Of a stretch of 48,697 nt of DNA, positions 1-11,880 are shown one piece after another. Under the pieces are notes generated by a model. It was not told the origin of the DNA. It was given only the letters and a program-made list of their open reading frames with translations, and ran no database searches. The DNA is taken from positions 62,001 through 110,697 of the forward strand of contig JBFLGF010000061.1 of assembly GCA_050230475.1 (NCBI GenBank), given 5' to 3'. The stretch's first letter is position 1. The number at the start of each line of letters is the position of its first letter. The stretch is from Ancylonema sp. Taxonomy: Eukaryota. The position numbers and the translations under genes were made by a program.

Positions 1-1510
1 CCCGGGAAGGGATGGGGAGGGTGGGGGAGGGTTGGAGTGAATCGGGCCCCCAATAGACACGACTGCATGGACGACAACTACCGTACTTCCAGGCGTCTCA
101 TGGAGGGGTTGCACAGTCACTGGAGCAGCAGCAGGCTGCCACGTCAGCAGGTCGGGTTCTGCTGGTTCCGAGTCGGATAGAACCCGCCCTCTGAGCTGAC
201 ATGCCCCCTCCCGACATAGAATATTGCGGGCCTCACAAACGCCCGATATAACGAAAAAAATGTGCCCTAAGACGACAAGACTGGAAGATAAAAACGGGAA
301 GGAGGAGACAGGAAGCATGGGATTGAGTACAGGCTGTATGGCGGGGTATGTAAACTGAGAAATAAAATTTCTCGTTTGGCCACTCCAACATTTCCATCGA
401 CAATCCAGCCCTCTAAGTTTGAAGGAATTTTGAAGGCTCAAGAATACAGGGGGGCAGGCCATTGGTCGAAACTCTAGGTGTTGCTGCTTTTTCTCGTATG
501 ATCATCAGTGTCGTTTGTATGTTCAATGGCTGTAATGGTACACTGGCGATACCATTGTCAGTGTATCAGTCATGTGAGGATTCGTACAATACATTTTACT
601 CCTGACGAATATATTTGATTGTTTAAGCCTTTTGTCATGAACATCTCGAACATTCAGGGCTTGATGAAAATAATATGCTCGTCCGGACGTACATGTCCCA
701 TAACAATGTGAAACGACAGATCCGCGTCATTCTGAAAACAGAAGCGCATGGTGTTCACATATTGTATTGGACATTAGCAGGGCAGGAATAATAAGAGAGA
801 GAATCTTGCTCACCTTTTTGGCAAGCTGTGGACCGGCATTTTGGCGTTAAAATCGGTTTGTGAATATTCAATTTGTGTGTGGAACTGAGTGTGAGAAATT
901 CGGAGGAGTACGACTTTCGTGATCGTTCTACGTGGAAGGCTTCAGATACGCGCGAGTGATTCTCTTGCAAGTCATCAGAGTGTCGACGTCTAGCTCAAAT
1001 ATGCCTCTGGTGGTAGCATGGGTGGGAAGTTAAATTAAGTGACTCCCAGCTACATGCGCCTCACAGAAGATTCAAAATTCAGCAAAGTAGAGCATGTACG
1101 ATGAGTAGTGTACGTCGCGGACGCCACCCAAGTAGAGACAGCTAGCAGCAATGATGCGACGCCTGCACTGAAGGACCACCGCATGTCGTGTCATCTGGCT
1201 CGAGCAGCTTGTGGCATAGGAATCTCAGCAGAGCCGCCGCCGTTATGATACATCGCGCCAGTCTCGCGAGACAGAATCTAAGTGGGTTCCGCACGTGCGC
1301 TCCAGGCCTGAAACAGAGCTGGAACTGAATCGATTCTGATACTGAGCACCAGGTGGCGTGATGCGAGAGCAGAGCGGTGAGTGATTTAGGACCCGATCAG
1401 CAAATCTATGCGACCACGGAGGCCGACAGATGACACGGCACGGCACATGATCAGCACCAACCTGGAAGATTCGGAATCAAAAATCGTTCAAACTTTGACG
1501 TTTAAGCTCA

Positions 1511-2073
1511 GAGCTCTGTTTATGACCACACCTTTTCAGACCACCTTTTCGGTCGTTACCCGGCGGTTAACAACCAAATATGAAGCTATATTTCGGCAAT
1601 GCCTTATTTTTCACACGTATGAAAAAACGACCCTGTTTATGACCACACCTTATTCGACCCCCCCACGTCATTCTGCATCCGGTCCCCTGTCGTTAGCTGC
1701 CGTGGTGTTATAATATAGAATTAGTACCCAGCATCTGGAGACGCAGGCCACTTGGAGACGCAGACGAGTGATCGTTTTCGGGAAGTATTTCGCGATATTT
1801 CGCGATATTTCGCGAAAAGCACTAAATTCCCACGCGAGAAGAACGCTCGTCGAAGGGAACACGTCCAAAAGGTGGGCTGCCTGTTAAATGGCAGTCCACA
1901 CCTTATGTGGCTAAATAAGGTGTGGACTGCCATTTAAAAGGCAGCCCACCTTTTGATGTTTTCGGTATATACGAAAAAGGTGTGGTCATAAACAGGGCCG
2001 CGAGCACGGTTCCTACCTTATTTTGAAAAAATTCAAAAGGTGGTGCCAAAAGGTGTGGCCATAAACAGTGCTC
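1511..2073. mobile_element. Non-autonomous PIF/Harbinger-type MITE, family A copy 1
   Basis: TIRs GAGCTCTGTTTATGACCACACCTTTT ... AAAAGGTGTGGCCATAAACAGTGCTC; 3-bp TSD TCA (1508-1510, 2074-2076); internal copies of the TIR motif and a central palindrome (~1867-1954); a second, inverted copy lies at 34338-34944. Confidence 0.85.
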
Positions 2074-3282
2074 TCACTCCTTCACTTTGAGAGCCGACAA
2101 CTGCCAAGTGGCAGTTGTCATCGAATCGGATTGGGCGTGGGCGATGATTGGTTGTTGTCCACTGCAAACTGCGGACGATTTTCCACAAAGACTGGAAGCG
2201 GCACAAAGATGTTATCCTTTGGCCAAACTTGCGTTCTGCGTTGTTCGCGTTGTGAACATACGTTCAGAGCATTTTAGCAGGATGCAGGCATGGTAGGGTA
2301 GGTTTAAATCCACAAACAACCGTGTAATACCGGCTTCTCTGTTGACCATGTTCTCCCGATTCATGGACTTCCAGATTGGGATGGGTTCCCAACCAGCGTG
2401 CACCAGGTCATTTTCAGAAATACGGCTTCCATCTAGATTGACAAGTTTGCAATGATCGCATCTCGACCAACCGTAACACTCGTCCCTCGATCTATAGCGT
2501 GCAGCAAATGCAACGTAGCCACATGATCGACTCAACTCGTTGGTCAATTCTGTAGTTTGGAAATGCGGTGAAACAAGTTCGTCAAACTTCCTATTGCATT
2601 CGAGACTGACTGTTGCATCGTCCCAGGTAGGGGGCATTGCGGCATTCCATGCCTGTACTACTTTCGAAAAGTGCTTTCCTCTTCCTGTCACATGGCATGG
2701 CCGTACTTGGATGAATGTCCGCCACACAAAGAATATTGGTTAGTCTAAATATATACCGCGTTTGTGTATGACAGTCTTCGCTGAGAATATGGAAGTCAGT
2801 AATTTGAGAAGTTAAGCGCGATACTTAAAGGTCGCAGATTACAATGCGAGTGGAACTCGAAGTTGCGAGTATGATACTACCCGACCCGGATCTTCCAAGC
2901 CTGCCGGCAGTGTTTGATTCAAAGACGGCACAAAAATGCGGCATATGGGAAAACAATTGACCTGTATTGGACCGATGACGTGGCGCCACGTCTTTGTCGC
3001 GTACCGTACTCACAATCCACCCATCATAGATTATCATACATCATATCATATCATATGCGAGTATGATCATCATGCGAATATCATATCATATCATACATCA
3101 TCAAGATTATTGCCGCGGCCCGACGTCGGCAATCCACTTCTTGGGGTCGGCGAAGTACTTCAGTTAGCTCCATCCTGCGGCCTTAGACCCTTTCCTTCGA
3201 CACGTGGGAAGGATTAATAGATGGGAATTTTGCCGCTGTCGGATGAGCATTGCAGCGTCGTAACAGACCAGCTCATCGTAGA

Positions 3283-5871
3283 ATGAGCATTGCAGCGTTG
3301 CTCCAGTCCAGCTCCGTTTTGCGGAATTTTCGTATTCAATCCGGAGAGCGCTCGGCTATTCAAGACTCCACAATTAGGTTGCGAAGGTCGCTTGGCAGTT
3401 TACGTGCCCCTTGCTCATTTTGGAAATCTGCGTATCATCCAATCCTCCGTTCCACTGAAAAGGTGTGTGAGCAACAAGGAGAAGATCTTCAAGCGTGTTG
3501 CTCAGAAGTCTGTGTGAACAGCACTTGCAGTCATCAACGAATTAACTGCGTGCGATTTTATTTGCAGGTTCTCTCAAGCTTGCGGTCCGGCAAGGGCGAC
3601 GCACAGCCTCTGTTAGCTTCAGGCTCTGTGCGATCAGCTGTCAGAGCTGTACAGATGGATTCGGAGGCACCTACAGATGTGACAGCAACACGCCTTGGAT
3701 TCATTGGTGAGAAAGATGCGCAGGCTTGAAACCTGGATGGCCTCAAAAAAATTAGCTCAAAAGGAGCTAAATTGATATGATATATAAATGATATATAATT
3801 GACTGCATTGTATTCTGAAATCGATGGCTTTATTTGAAAACATTCCTTCTGCATCTACTCTATACAGTCACTGCGACTATAGCCATCAGGGTGGAGGTCT
3901 GGCAGAGTGTAGAGGAACGATGATAGGAACAGCAATGCATACCTCGAGACAGTGACCAGGAGCTTACGTCGCCCGAATCATGGACTAGCACCTAACAGTA
4001 TACCGAGTTCCCAGGGTTTAGCCGGGTTCAGGTGCGGGTCAGATGGCCGAATCCCTCGCCCGCGGTTGGCAAACCAGTGGAATGCTGCAGGCATCCAACA
4101 TGGTTGCCACAGATGTGAACACGTCCAGACTGGATGTATTCAAAAGCTTTGGGGTGGCTGCTGCTAAGGATGCACAGGAGGTGAGGGGGGAAAGAGGCGT
4201 GGATGTCTGCCAAGCGGCATCCCGTCTCAACTTTACCCTCATTCTGTCATCCTGATGTCATCCGGTGCAGGTAGCAGCCAACAGTGACATCATCTTCATT
4301 GCTGTGAAGCCGTACACAGGTAATGAAAGAGCAAGAGCATGTCCAGCAACTGTGCATTTGCGGTTACCCACCTTGTGGCTGGGGGGCTGGGGGTGGGTGG
4401 GGTGCAGTGCAGAAAGTATTAACGGAGCTGAGGAAGAACGATGGGTTGAAGGACCGCCACCTCATCGTATCCATAGCTGCAGGAGTCACGTTGGGCAGCA
4501 TGCAGGTCAGCTTTTTGGGGGATTTGTTTTCCGGGCGTAGACATGAGTGATAGACAACGATTTGTGTGATTCTTCATGCGACAGAGTAGGAGCGGGGCGG
4601 GTAGTAAGTACCGGCGGGTACTTACTACTTGCCCCGCTCCTACTCTGTCGCCCTCACTAGCCCACCCTACCCTTACCCCGTGTCTCGAATTTTGAACCCT
4701 GAACCCTGAACCCTGAGAACCTAACATCCGCACAAAACCCTAATTCGGTTTGGCCGGCACCCTCTGCGGCCATCCTCGCTCCAGCTCATCTATTTTGTCT
4801 GCTTGTGGGGGAGGCAGACCTGGGCCGGTCCCGGTGTCCGCGTCATCCGAGTCATGCCCAACACGCCCTGTCTCGTTGGGGAGGCAGCGGCAGCCATGAG
4901 CGTAGGGACACACGCAACTGCCTCTGACGCGCAGATGGTGCTCAGGCTCTTCCAGGCCGTCGGAAAGATCCATTCGGTGGAAGAGAAGCTTCTAGACGCG
5001 GTGACGGGGCTGAGTGGGAGCGGGCCGGCGTACGTTTTCATCGCGATAGAGGCGCTGGCAGATGGGGGTGTGCAAGCAGGGCTGCCGCGAGATGTCGCTC
5101 TCTCATTGGCCGCCCAAACGGTACCCCACCTCACCGGCAAGGGGGGGCACTAGTTTAAAATGCTTGCGGATGCCGTTTGTTGGGTGTCGGTTCTGCTCTG
5201 ACTGTTTCGTGTGCGGTTGGGGCAGGTGTACGGGTCCGCTAAGATGGTTCTGGAAACGGGAAAGCATCCGGGGCAGTTGAAGGACAGTGTGGCCTCCCCA
5301 GGGGGTCAGTCAGTCCCTACCTACCTGTCTCATGCTTGCTCCTTCCAGAAGAGTGAATACCAGACATGCTTGAGGTTCTCGGATCCTAGCACCGCGTGGA
5401 GGATGAGTTTGGAGACACGAATGAAGGAATGGAGTGGAATGTGGAATTGGGTTGAGAACATTGTTGTAGAGGAACGCTCACAATCTGCCTCATGGTGCTT
5501 ATGCAAAAAGAATTGCTCGTTGTTTCAACGAGTGGAAATGAGATGTGGGAATCACACTTCATACGTCAATCGCGGTTGACTCACAACGTCGGTAGAGTGT
5601 AATAATATAATAATATCGAAAGATATTCACATTGTTGAAACAAATTCACGATGGTGTTAGAGAAACGATTTGCAATCGTTAGGGTTGATTGATTTCGCCC
5701 AAGTTTGGCACCACTTATGTTTCTTCTCCTTATTCCTCCTCCTCCGCTTTGTACCCCACAGGCACAACCATTGCGGGAATTCATGAGCTAGAAAAAGGAG
5801 GCTTTCGAAATCTACTCATGAATGCCGTCAACGCGGCCGCAAGGAGAGGCAAAGAAATGGCCAACGAGTGA
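3283..5871 (+). CDS. P5CR: Pyrroline-5-carboxylate reductase, multi-exon (approx. exons 3283-3462, 3568-3706, 4032-4180, 4271-4319, 4408-4505, 4819-5119, 5226-5304, 5762-5871); conserved core starts at ATG 3655
   Basis: Spliced motifs [81 protein letters not shown] junctions keep frame. The N-terminal extension is less certain. Confidence 0.95.
4578..4651. repeat. 35-bp-stem hairpin in a P5CR intron
   Basis: GCGACAGAGTAGGAGCGGGGCGGGTAGTAAGTACC - GGCG loop - GGTACTTACTACTTGCCCCGCTCCTACTCTGTCGC; two G/T mismatches only. Confidence 0.9.
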
Positions 5872-6388
5872 CTCCCTTGTTGCCACGATCTCGAATCAAT
5901 CGCATCGTCACCCACCATATTCGACGCCCAACTGTTCATACTCTCGTAAACCCATGTTGGCCTAAATGACACAAAACGCGGCTACTGAATTGTTTGGAGA
6001 AAACATGTAGTTGATGGCTGGATGGCTTATGCTGACTCAAATGAAGCAATGGCATCTCAAGCAAGTGTGATATGCACGTGTGTCTGTATCGGGTCTGAAA
6101 ATCCATAGTTGTCATCTCACACTAGAGCTTTTAGATAAGGTCAAGCCATGATATCGACAAAGTTTTTATATATGGTACAAAGAAATCAATCAACAAACGC
6201 GATCTGGCCCAGCGTCCTCGACAATATATACACAAGAAACAAGCTACTAGGCTTGCAAGTACTACGCACCTCCATAGAGGTCCCGTTTTTCGCAGTTTAC
6301 CTCAACTCGACACTTGGGGAACACGGAAAAATAATTATTACCCAAAACTCCATCTCTCGCACCATTACTGAAGACCGTAGTGACTATT

Positions 6389-8789
6389 TCACTCCATGTG
6401 ACCAATCCTTTTCAACACACAACTGTCCACTGCGGCCCACACATTCTCCACCACGCCACTTGCTGCCTTGCTAGCAGCTTCACGCGCGGCCACACGCCTC
6501 GCTGTCAGCACCTTTGGAGTGGTGTAGAGAGTGTGGAGAGCTTGAAACAGCTCCTCCTCATCCCCCACCTGCCATCTCACATCTCAAAATCTCAACCAGC
6601 CAATGAACTTTGAAAGATAGAGGGGCGGTTCTCACCTGCCAGATGGCGCCTTGAGATAGGCTCTGCAGGTGGTCAATCATAACCGAAAAGTGCCCCACAT
6701 GCTGCCCTGAACCCCATCCCATACCCAGTATTCGATATATAAAACAAACCACCTCCCCACCCTCCCATCCCCCCGCCCGCAATTCCGACCTGTTATAACC
6801 GCACAGGACACTCTCGCAGCCTCTGCTAGGTTGTGTCCTGCCAACCCGGGTATCAAAGAGCCCCCCACAAACGCTACGGACGCACAGCTGTACATGTCCC
6901 GCAGCTCACCTGCCACCCCTCTTCCCCAGCCCAGCCAAGTCAACCACCCAGCCTCTGGGTTGTGAAAGGTCGATAATGCAGCCGAACCTACCCAAGGTGT
7001 CTGCCATGTAGAGGTTGGTAGAGGAGGTAAGCGGATGGCCCTGGGAGCGCTGGGCCACTGTCAAACCCATAAGGCCTAGGCTCTGCCACAACAGAACAGG
7101 TGCATTGAACCTGGTCAAGCCAAAGTGGTACAGGTGCAGATGGGAGTGGGGGGTGAAGTACCTGGACAAGGGCAGTTCCCCTACTGGTATGCCTAGGGGC
7201 GATTATTAGTAGGAGGGTGGGGAAGGTTCGGAGAAGGCGCAGTTGAACACGTCCAACAACTGCACCCGAATTCCCATTTCATGTTTTCGGGAGTCCTCGA
7301 TAGAAGTATCTAATCAGCACGTGAGAAAAAGAAAAAAATTGAAAAAAAAAAAAAAACGAACAAATCAATAAATGAATAAATAGATGAATTAAAAAATTAA
7401 GAAATTAATGAATTAATACAATTCACTCACTTTCTTCCTCCCCCTCGTGCGTACTTCCAGCGACCCACACTGGCCGGTCTGCAATTGTGGTCCTGAGACG
7501 AGGAAGGGCCTCCTCGGATACATCCCCCATACTGGCTGCCCCAGAGAGGGTGCATTGCAATAAGTGACCAGGTTTAGTGCACCCTCCCAGGTGCAGCCCC
7601 CCCCCTACCGTACTTGAGGTCTCCACAGAAGCGGAGCGCAGAAAGAGGGGCACCCAGGAGCTGAAAACGAACCCCTTCCCCCGAATTCTGACACACCCAG
7701 AATCTCCCCGGAGATAAGAGAGGGCCAGCTGTGAATTAATCATCCCTTCGCATCTATTTTCGAGAAAACATGATTCTGAGATGAGGAGAGTACTGATTCT
7801 GTAATATTTTCTTCACTCTTCATCCTCTCGATCTCACCATGGGTGCGATCAGACAGAACCGCCGCAACATCGCCTTTGCGAGTGGACGCGTGGCCGCCCC
7901 AAGCCATCTCTGGAAGGAGCGCGGGGACATGCGGGCGTTGAGCAGAGCTAGGGGGAGGTGGGCGAGCGCGGGGGAGAGGAGGAGGTTGGGCCATAGTTCA
8001 GACTCGAGCACCACAACCGCTTGAGGGCGCCAGTGGGAGAGGAAGCGGGTAACCGCCGCCATTGTATCGAAGGGGGCCAGCTGGCAACAGAAATCGGATA
8101 TGGTGCGGGTGAGGGTCATGTAGAGGTGGCAGACAGTGGAGATGCCACGTGGCTGTGCGACAGAGTACCTGCAATATTACGCCCTGAGGCAGGGCGGTTT
8201 CCAATATGGACCTGAGCCCCCAAAGACAGGGATGGGAGGTAGGTAGGTGTACAGGGGAGGAATAGGAGGGGTGGAACTCACATTGTGGAGCTGTCGTGGA
8301 ATGTGAAGAGGATCGACAGATCTGGACGGCGGAGGAGACACTCTCGCACTACTGGGACGCAGGCTGCACTCTCGCCTGGAATAGAGACAGGATATCATCA
8401 TCATTATCGTCAGCACCATCATCGGCAGCATCATTATTATCATCATCGTCATCATCATGACCGTCATCATCTTCATCAGCAGCCAACAACATCATCGTCG
8501 CCATGAGGGGAGTAAAAAGTGACAAAGAAAACAGAATCGCATTGCTGGTTTAATATGCCAGGCATCGAACTCCTCCCCACATTTCCGGCAATGCGGTTAA
8601 CCGACCAACAGAAACTGCGTGGAACCACAGGAGAGCGCCACGTGGACGAACAGCAGTTGGATATCCCATCCGCTCGCCTAGCCTGGATGCAGAGCTGTAC
8701 CCGAAAATTCGTCTTCGGTACAGTTCCGCATCAAGTAAAGGTGAAACCGCTGACGTCAGCCAGCGGTACATGATACTTGGCAGAGCCAT
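6389..8789 (-). CDS. kdtA: 3-deoxy-D-manno-octulosonic-acid (Kdo) transferase, GT30, multi-exon
   Basis: Exon translations ERMGYPTAVRPRGALLWFHAVSVG, APFDT..VTRFLSHWRPQAVVVLESELWPN, NARMSPRSFQRW, VWVAGSTHEGEE, MADTLGEL, AFVGGSLIPGLAGHNLAEAA: canonical KdtA/WaaA motifs. Confidence 0.93.
8393..8480. repeat. (CAT)n-type microsatellite in kdtA intron
   Basis: Degenerate ATC/CAT trinucleotide run. Confidence 0.85.
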
Positions 8790-9916
8790 TATTCACAAAG
8801 GGAAATATCTCTCAAGAGCGATAGTCATCCTGTCCCGAATGGCCACCACACGGGCCTCGATATAATCTTATCATCTTTGTGGAAGGACCTTCGAAAATTT
8901 TACGATAAGAAACGAAGCTTCACATCTCCCGTGTGTGCTCCATCCCTTCACGTGGCACTAGTTTCTTGCTTGGGACCATTCCAGTCGGTAAAGATGGAAT
9001 CAGTGAAAGAGCAGTCCGCCCAGCGTCGTCTCCGCAGGAACACCGGGGATTCCGAGAAGTCTCCTGGCCATTCGATCACTGGTCTACCGAGGGCCTCCAT
9101 ATACGCCGGCCGTGTCCGGGAGTCCAAGTGCCTCTAACCGAGGCACCTCACTCCCGACCACGGCCGGCGACTTGAACGGAGACACGGCGACATGGTGGGA
9201 GATCTTCAGAAAAAAAATAAAAAAGGGCCGTGTGGGTCTAAACTCTCGTTCGGATGCGTGCCGTGACCCGGTCTGAGCGGGGTCGGACTCATTACCGAGC
9301 CGTCAACATCGTGGACCTGCATATTCTCCCTGTCCGGAAGGAATGGGGTACTTCGCCGTGAGAAACTTACCCCGGTGTCGAGTGACGGTGAGTACTGAAT
9401 CCAGATCGAGAGGCGTAATTAAGATTTTGAGACGCGTGCGGAGATTTTTTCGGGATTCTCGAAGCCTGATTGGCGGAAATCAGACCAAATCCGACGTGAT
9501 TGGAGGAAAAACTCCACTGTGTCGGGCATCGGCGAAAGTACTCAGATCTCGGTCAGATTTCATTGAAAGTGGTCTGGACCTCGGTCAACCAGAACAATAT
9601 GCGTGGTGGACATCCGCCAAAAAAGTGGACCGAGACAGATAACACCTTCCCATGCCTAACGTCGCACGTGTAATATTCACTAAGAGAAAAGAACGTCCGC
9701 CAAAGTGGTCCAGACCTCAGAAGACCTCGTTACCACACCAGATGCGGACCTCAACCTGAAAATAACCTGTAACGGCGGCCAACATGAGTCTGCAACAAAA
9801 ATAGATTTCCTCGCGAACGAAGCTCGGTTGTGTCTCTGGTTGACTCTGGTAATGTATACATGCACACCATCACTCGTGAGAAATGCTTAAAATCGGTAAA
9901 AATATCCCGCGATACC

Positions 9917-10489
9917 TGTGAGGTATTCTGCAACATATTTGTATATTATTAAAGACAATAGTTTAGTTGGCCAAAGTTGCCATATAAGGTTAACGAACAA
10001 TTGGCGTGTTTTGTTGTGTTGAGTTTTGTTTGGTTTTTGGTGTCTATGACATGAAGTGATTATATCGACGGAGTGTAGTTTTGTGACGCGGGTATTTTTA
10101 GTTCGAAATGGTTCGTTAGTTTGTATCGGTAAATTTAGTGTCGGTGACAACGTGTCGACGGCGTGGACTAACTTGGAGCGCGCATGCGTTTTCGTGAAGA
10201 TTGTGTGTGACGGTTTTAATTGATCGTCGATGTATCTAGGGTCGTTAGTCATTTGAATGTGCTTTGACTTGGCAACGTGCCCAAGGTCAGACTTTTGCTA
10301 GCTGACCTACATTTTGCTTACCGAACTACTATAGGTACATTTCTTCTCCGGTGTTGATTTTACTACCTTCGTGAAAGAAGTTTTGTCAAATGGTTTTCGC
10401 AAAGAGTGAATGATAATGCGAATGAGTTTTAGCATGTGATTATGCTGTGTTGAGTTTAGTTGTTTCATACACCAGTATGTCGCATCACA
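9917..10489 (+). mobile_element. Solo LTR 1 (573 bp), left arm
   Basis: TGTGA...TCACA termini with 5-bp TSD ATACC (9912-9916, 10490-10494); orientation taken from the PPT-like tract next to the right-arm copy. Confidence 0.75.
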
Positions 10490-10677
10490 ATACCTTGCCT
10501 TCGTCCGGTTTATGACGTGACGTGGGTAAAATATCTTAAACAGCTTGAATAATTCAAACCGCGTGGACAATTTCGTGCCACGATCCTCCTTCCATCCACC
10601 CTCGTAGAGCCGCATAGACCCAGTGACCCTCTCACACTATCTCACACTCTCTCACTCTCACACTGCCTATCCCAACC

Positions 10678-10935
10678 ATGATTCTTTCAATGATCCTGGT
10701 TCCTTTTCTACTCATCTTCCTGACCGTGGTGATCGTGGGGAATCCGGCGCCTGCTTCACCCGGAAATGGGTTCGTCGACCCTATGGTCGATGAACCCAGG
10801 GTGTTATCGCCCGAAGTGGTGGCTAAGGTGAACGATAATTGGTTGCGCAACGTGAAACCTTCTATGGCAAAGGAGTACGAGCTTCAATACAAGAAATTTG
10901 GGGTAAATACCTCGTTTGAGAGTTTTTTAAAATAA
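10678..10935 (+). CDS. 85-aa ORF in left arm; probably the 5' exon of the Crypton recombinase (donor GGG|GTAAAT at 10903), alternatively a small secreted peptide
   Basis: Identical translation in both arms; VKPSMAKEYELQYKKF resembles the Crypton N-terminal RPxNTxKxYxxxQxEF motif and is co-oriented with the recombinase exons; hydrophobic N-terminus. Confidence 0.4.
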   Translation: MILSMILVPFLLIFLTVVIVGNPAPASPGNGFVDPMVDEPRVLSPEVVAKVNDNWLRNVKPSMAKEYELQYKKFGVNTSFESFLK

Positions 10936-11137
10936 AAAATGGAAATGTATCTGATTGAATATTAGACACAGAAAAGATAGATCGAAAACCCAAATAACGT
11001 CTTCAACTTTTGTTTCCTCAATGAACAGTGACACGGTGATTTCATGGCTGGGTTATGATATTGAATCCGATTTAAATTGCTTTGCTTATTTGTAAATATA
11101 TTGATCAGATTGATTTTAATGTTTTTGGGTCTATATG

Positions 11138-11433
11138 TATTAGGACGCTAAAGGAAAGAGCGTCCTAGCTTGAGGACAAGCACACTCGCATTCATAATTA
11201 AGCACTTACAGAAGGGAAACGCTTAATATTAGAAAAGGAGGTACATGAGTTGATAGGAGCCACTAACAAGGAGCTCCTATCAACTATATATAGGAAAACT
11301 AGAGGGGAACTCATGATGGGATAACTAGAGCACACACTATAAGCACAACTGTAGTATAGTCTAGAAGCACACTAGTGCGGGTTAAGCACACTCGCTATAG
11401 GAGCACTAGTGACTAAAGGGAGTGGTCCTAACA
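11138..11433. mobile_element. Solo LTR 2 (296 bp), left arm
   Basis: Termini TATTAGGA...TCCTAACA, TSD ATATG (11133-11137, 11434-11438); internal TATA-like run. Confidence 0.7.
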
Positions 11434-11447
11434 ATATGTGTCTTTGT

Positions 11448-11880
11448 TGTAATGAGGTGAACTATGTGCTTGAAAAGAATAGAGACTGGGAATTGAAAAT
11501 AGAGGAAGGGAAATGAGCAAATGAAAGGAGACGAGAACTGAAGGAGAAATGAAACGAAGCGAAAGGTATGAGATGAGAGAAGGTAGGCACTTAGAAAGAA
11601 CACGAGTACATGAGTTGATAAGGACGAAATATATGAAATTTCTTTCTATGCAATACAGTAATTGATCGACTAGGAACACGAAGGAACAACTTTCAGCACG
11701 ATAACTAGTTTAAGCACTCGAAGCGAACGACTAGTTAACGTAATGATTTCAAGTACAGAAAATGGTTAAGCGACGGGAATAACTTAAAAGCTAAGGAACT
11801 TTGGTCACTCAGTCGAAACAGGTTAAGCAACAAATACGAGTACAAGCTAGTTAGGGACACACACTAGTGTGGTCCTAACA
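11448..11880. mobile_element. Solo LTR 3 (433 bp), left arm
   Basis: TGTAA...TAACA termini, TSD TTTGT (11443-11447, 11881-11885); shares the end GTGGTCCTAACA with LTR 2. Confidence 0.7.

Noticed and set aside
6389..8789. kdtA as bacterial contamination or recent horizontal transfer
   Set aside because: It has multiple spliceosomal introns, and Kdo-transferase homologues are established nuclear genes in plants.
9343..9890. ORFs in the outer arms as cargo genes
   Set aside because: Short, no recognisable motifs; their duplication simply reflects the inverted repeat.
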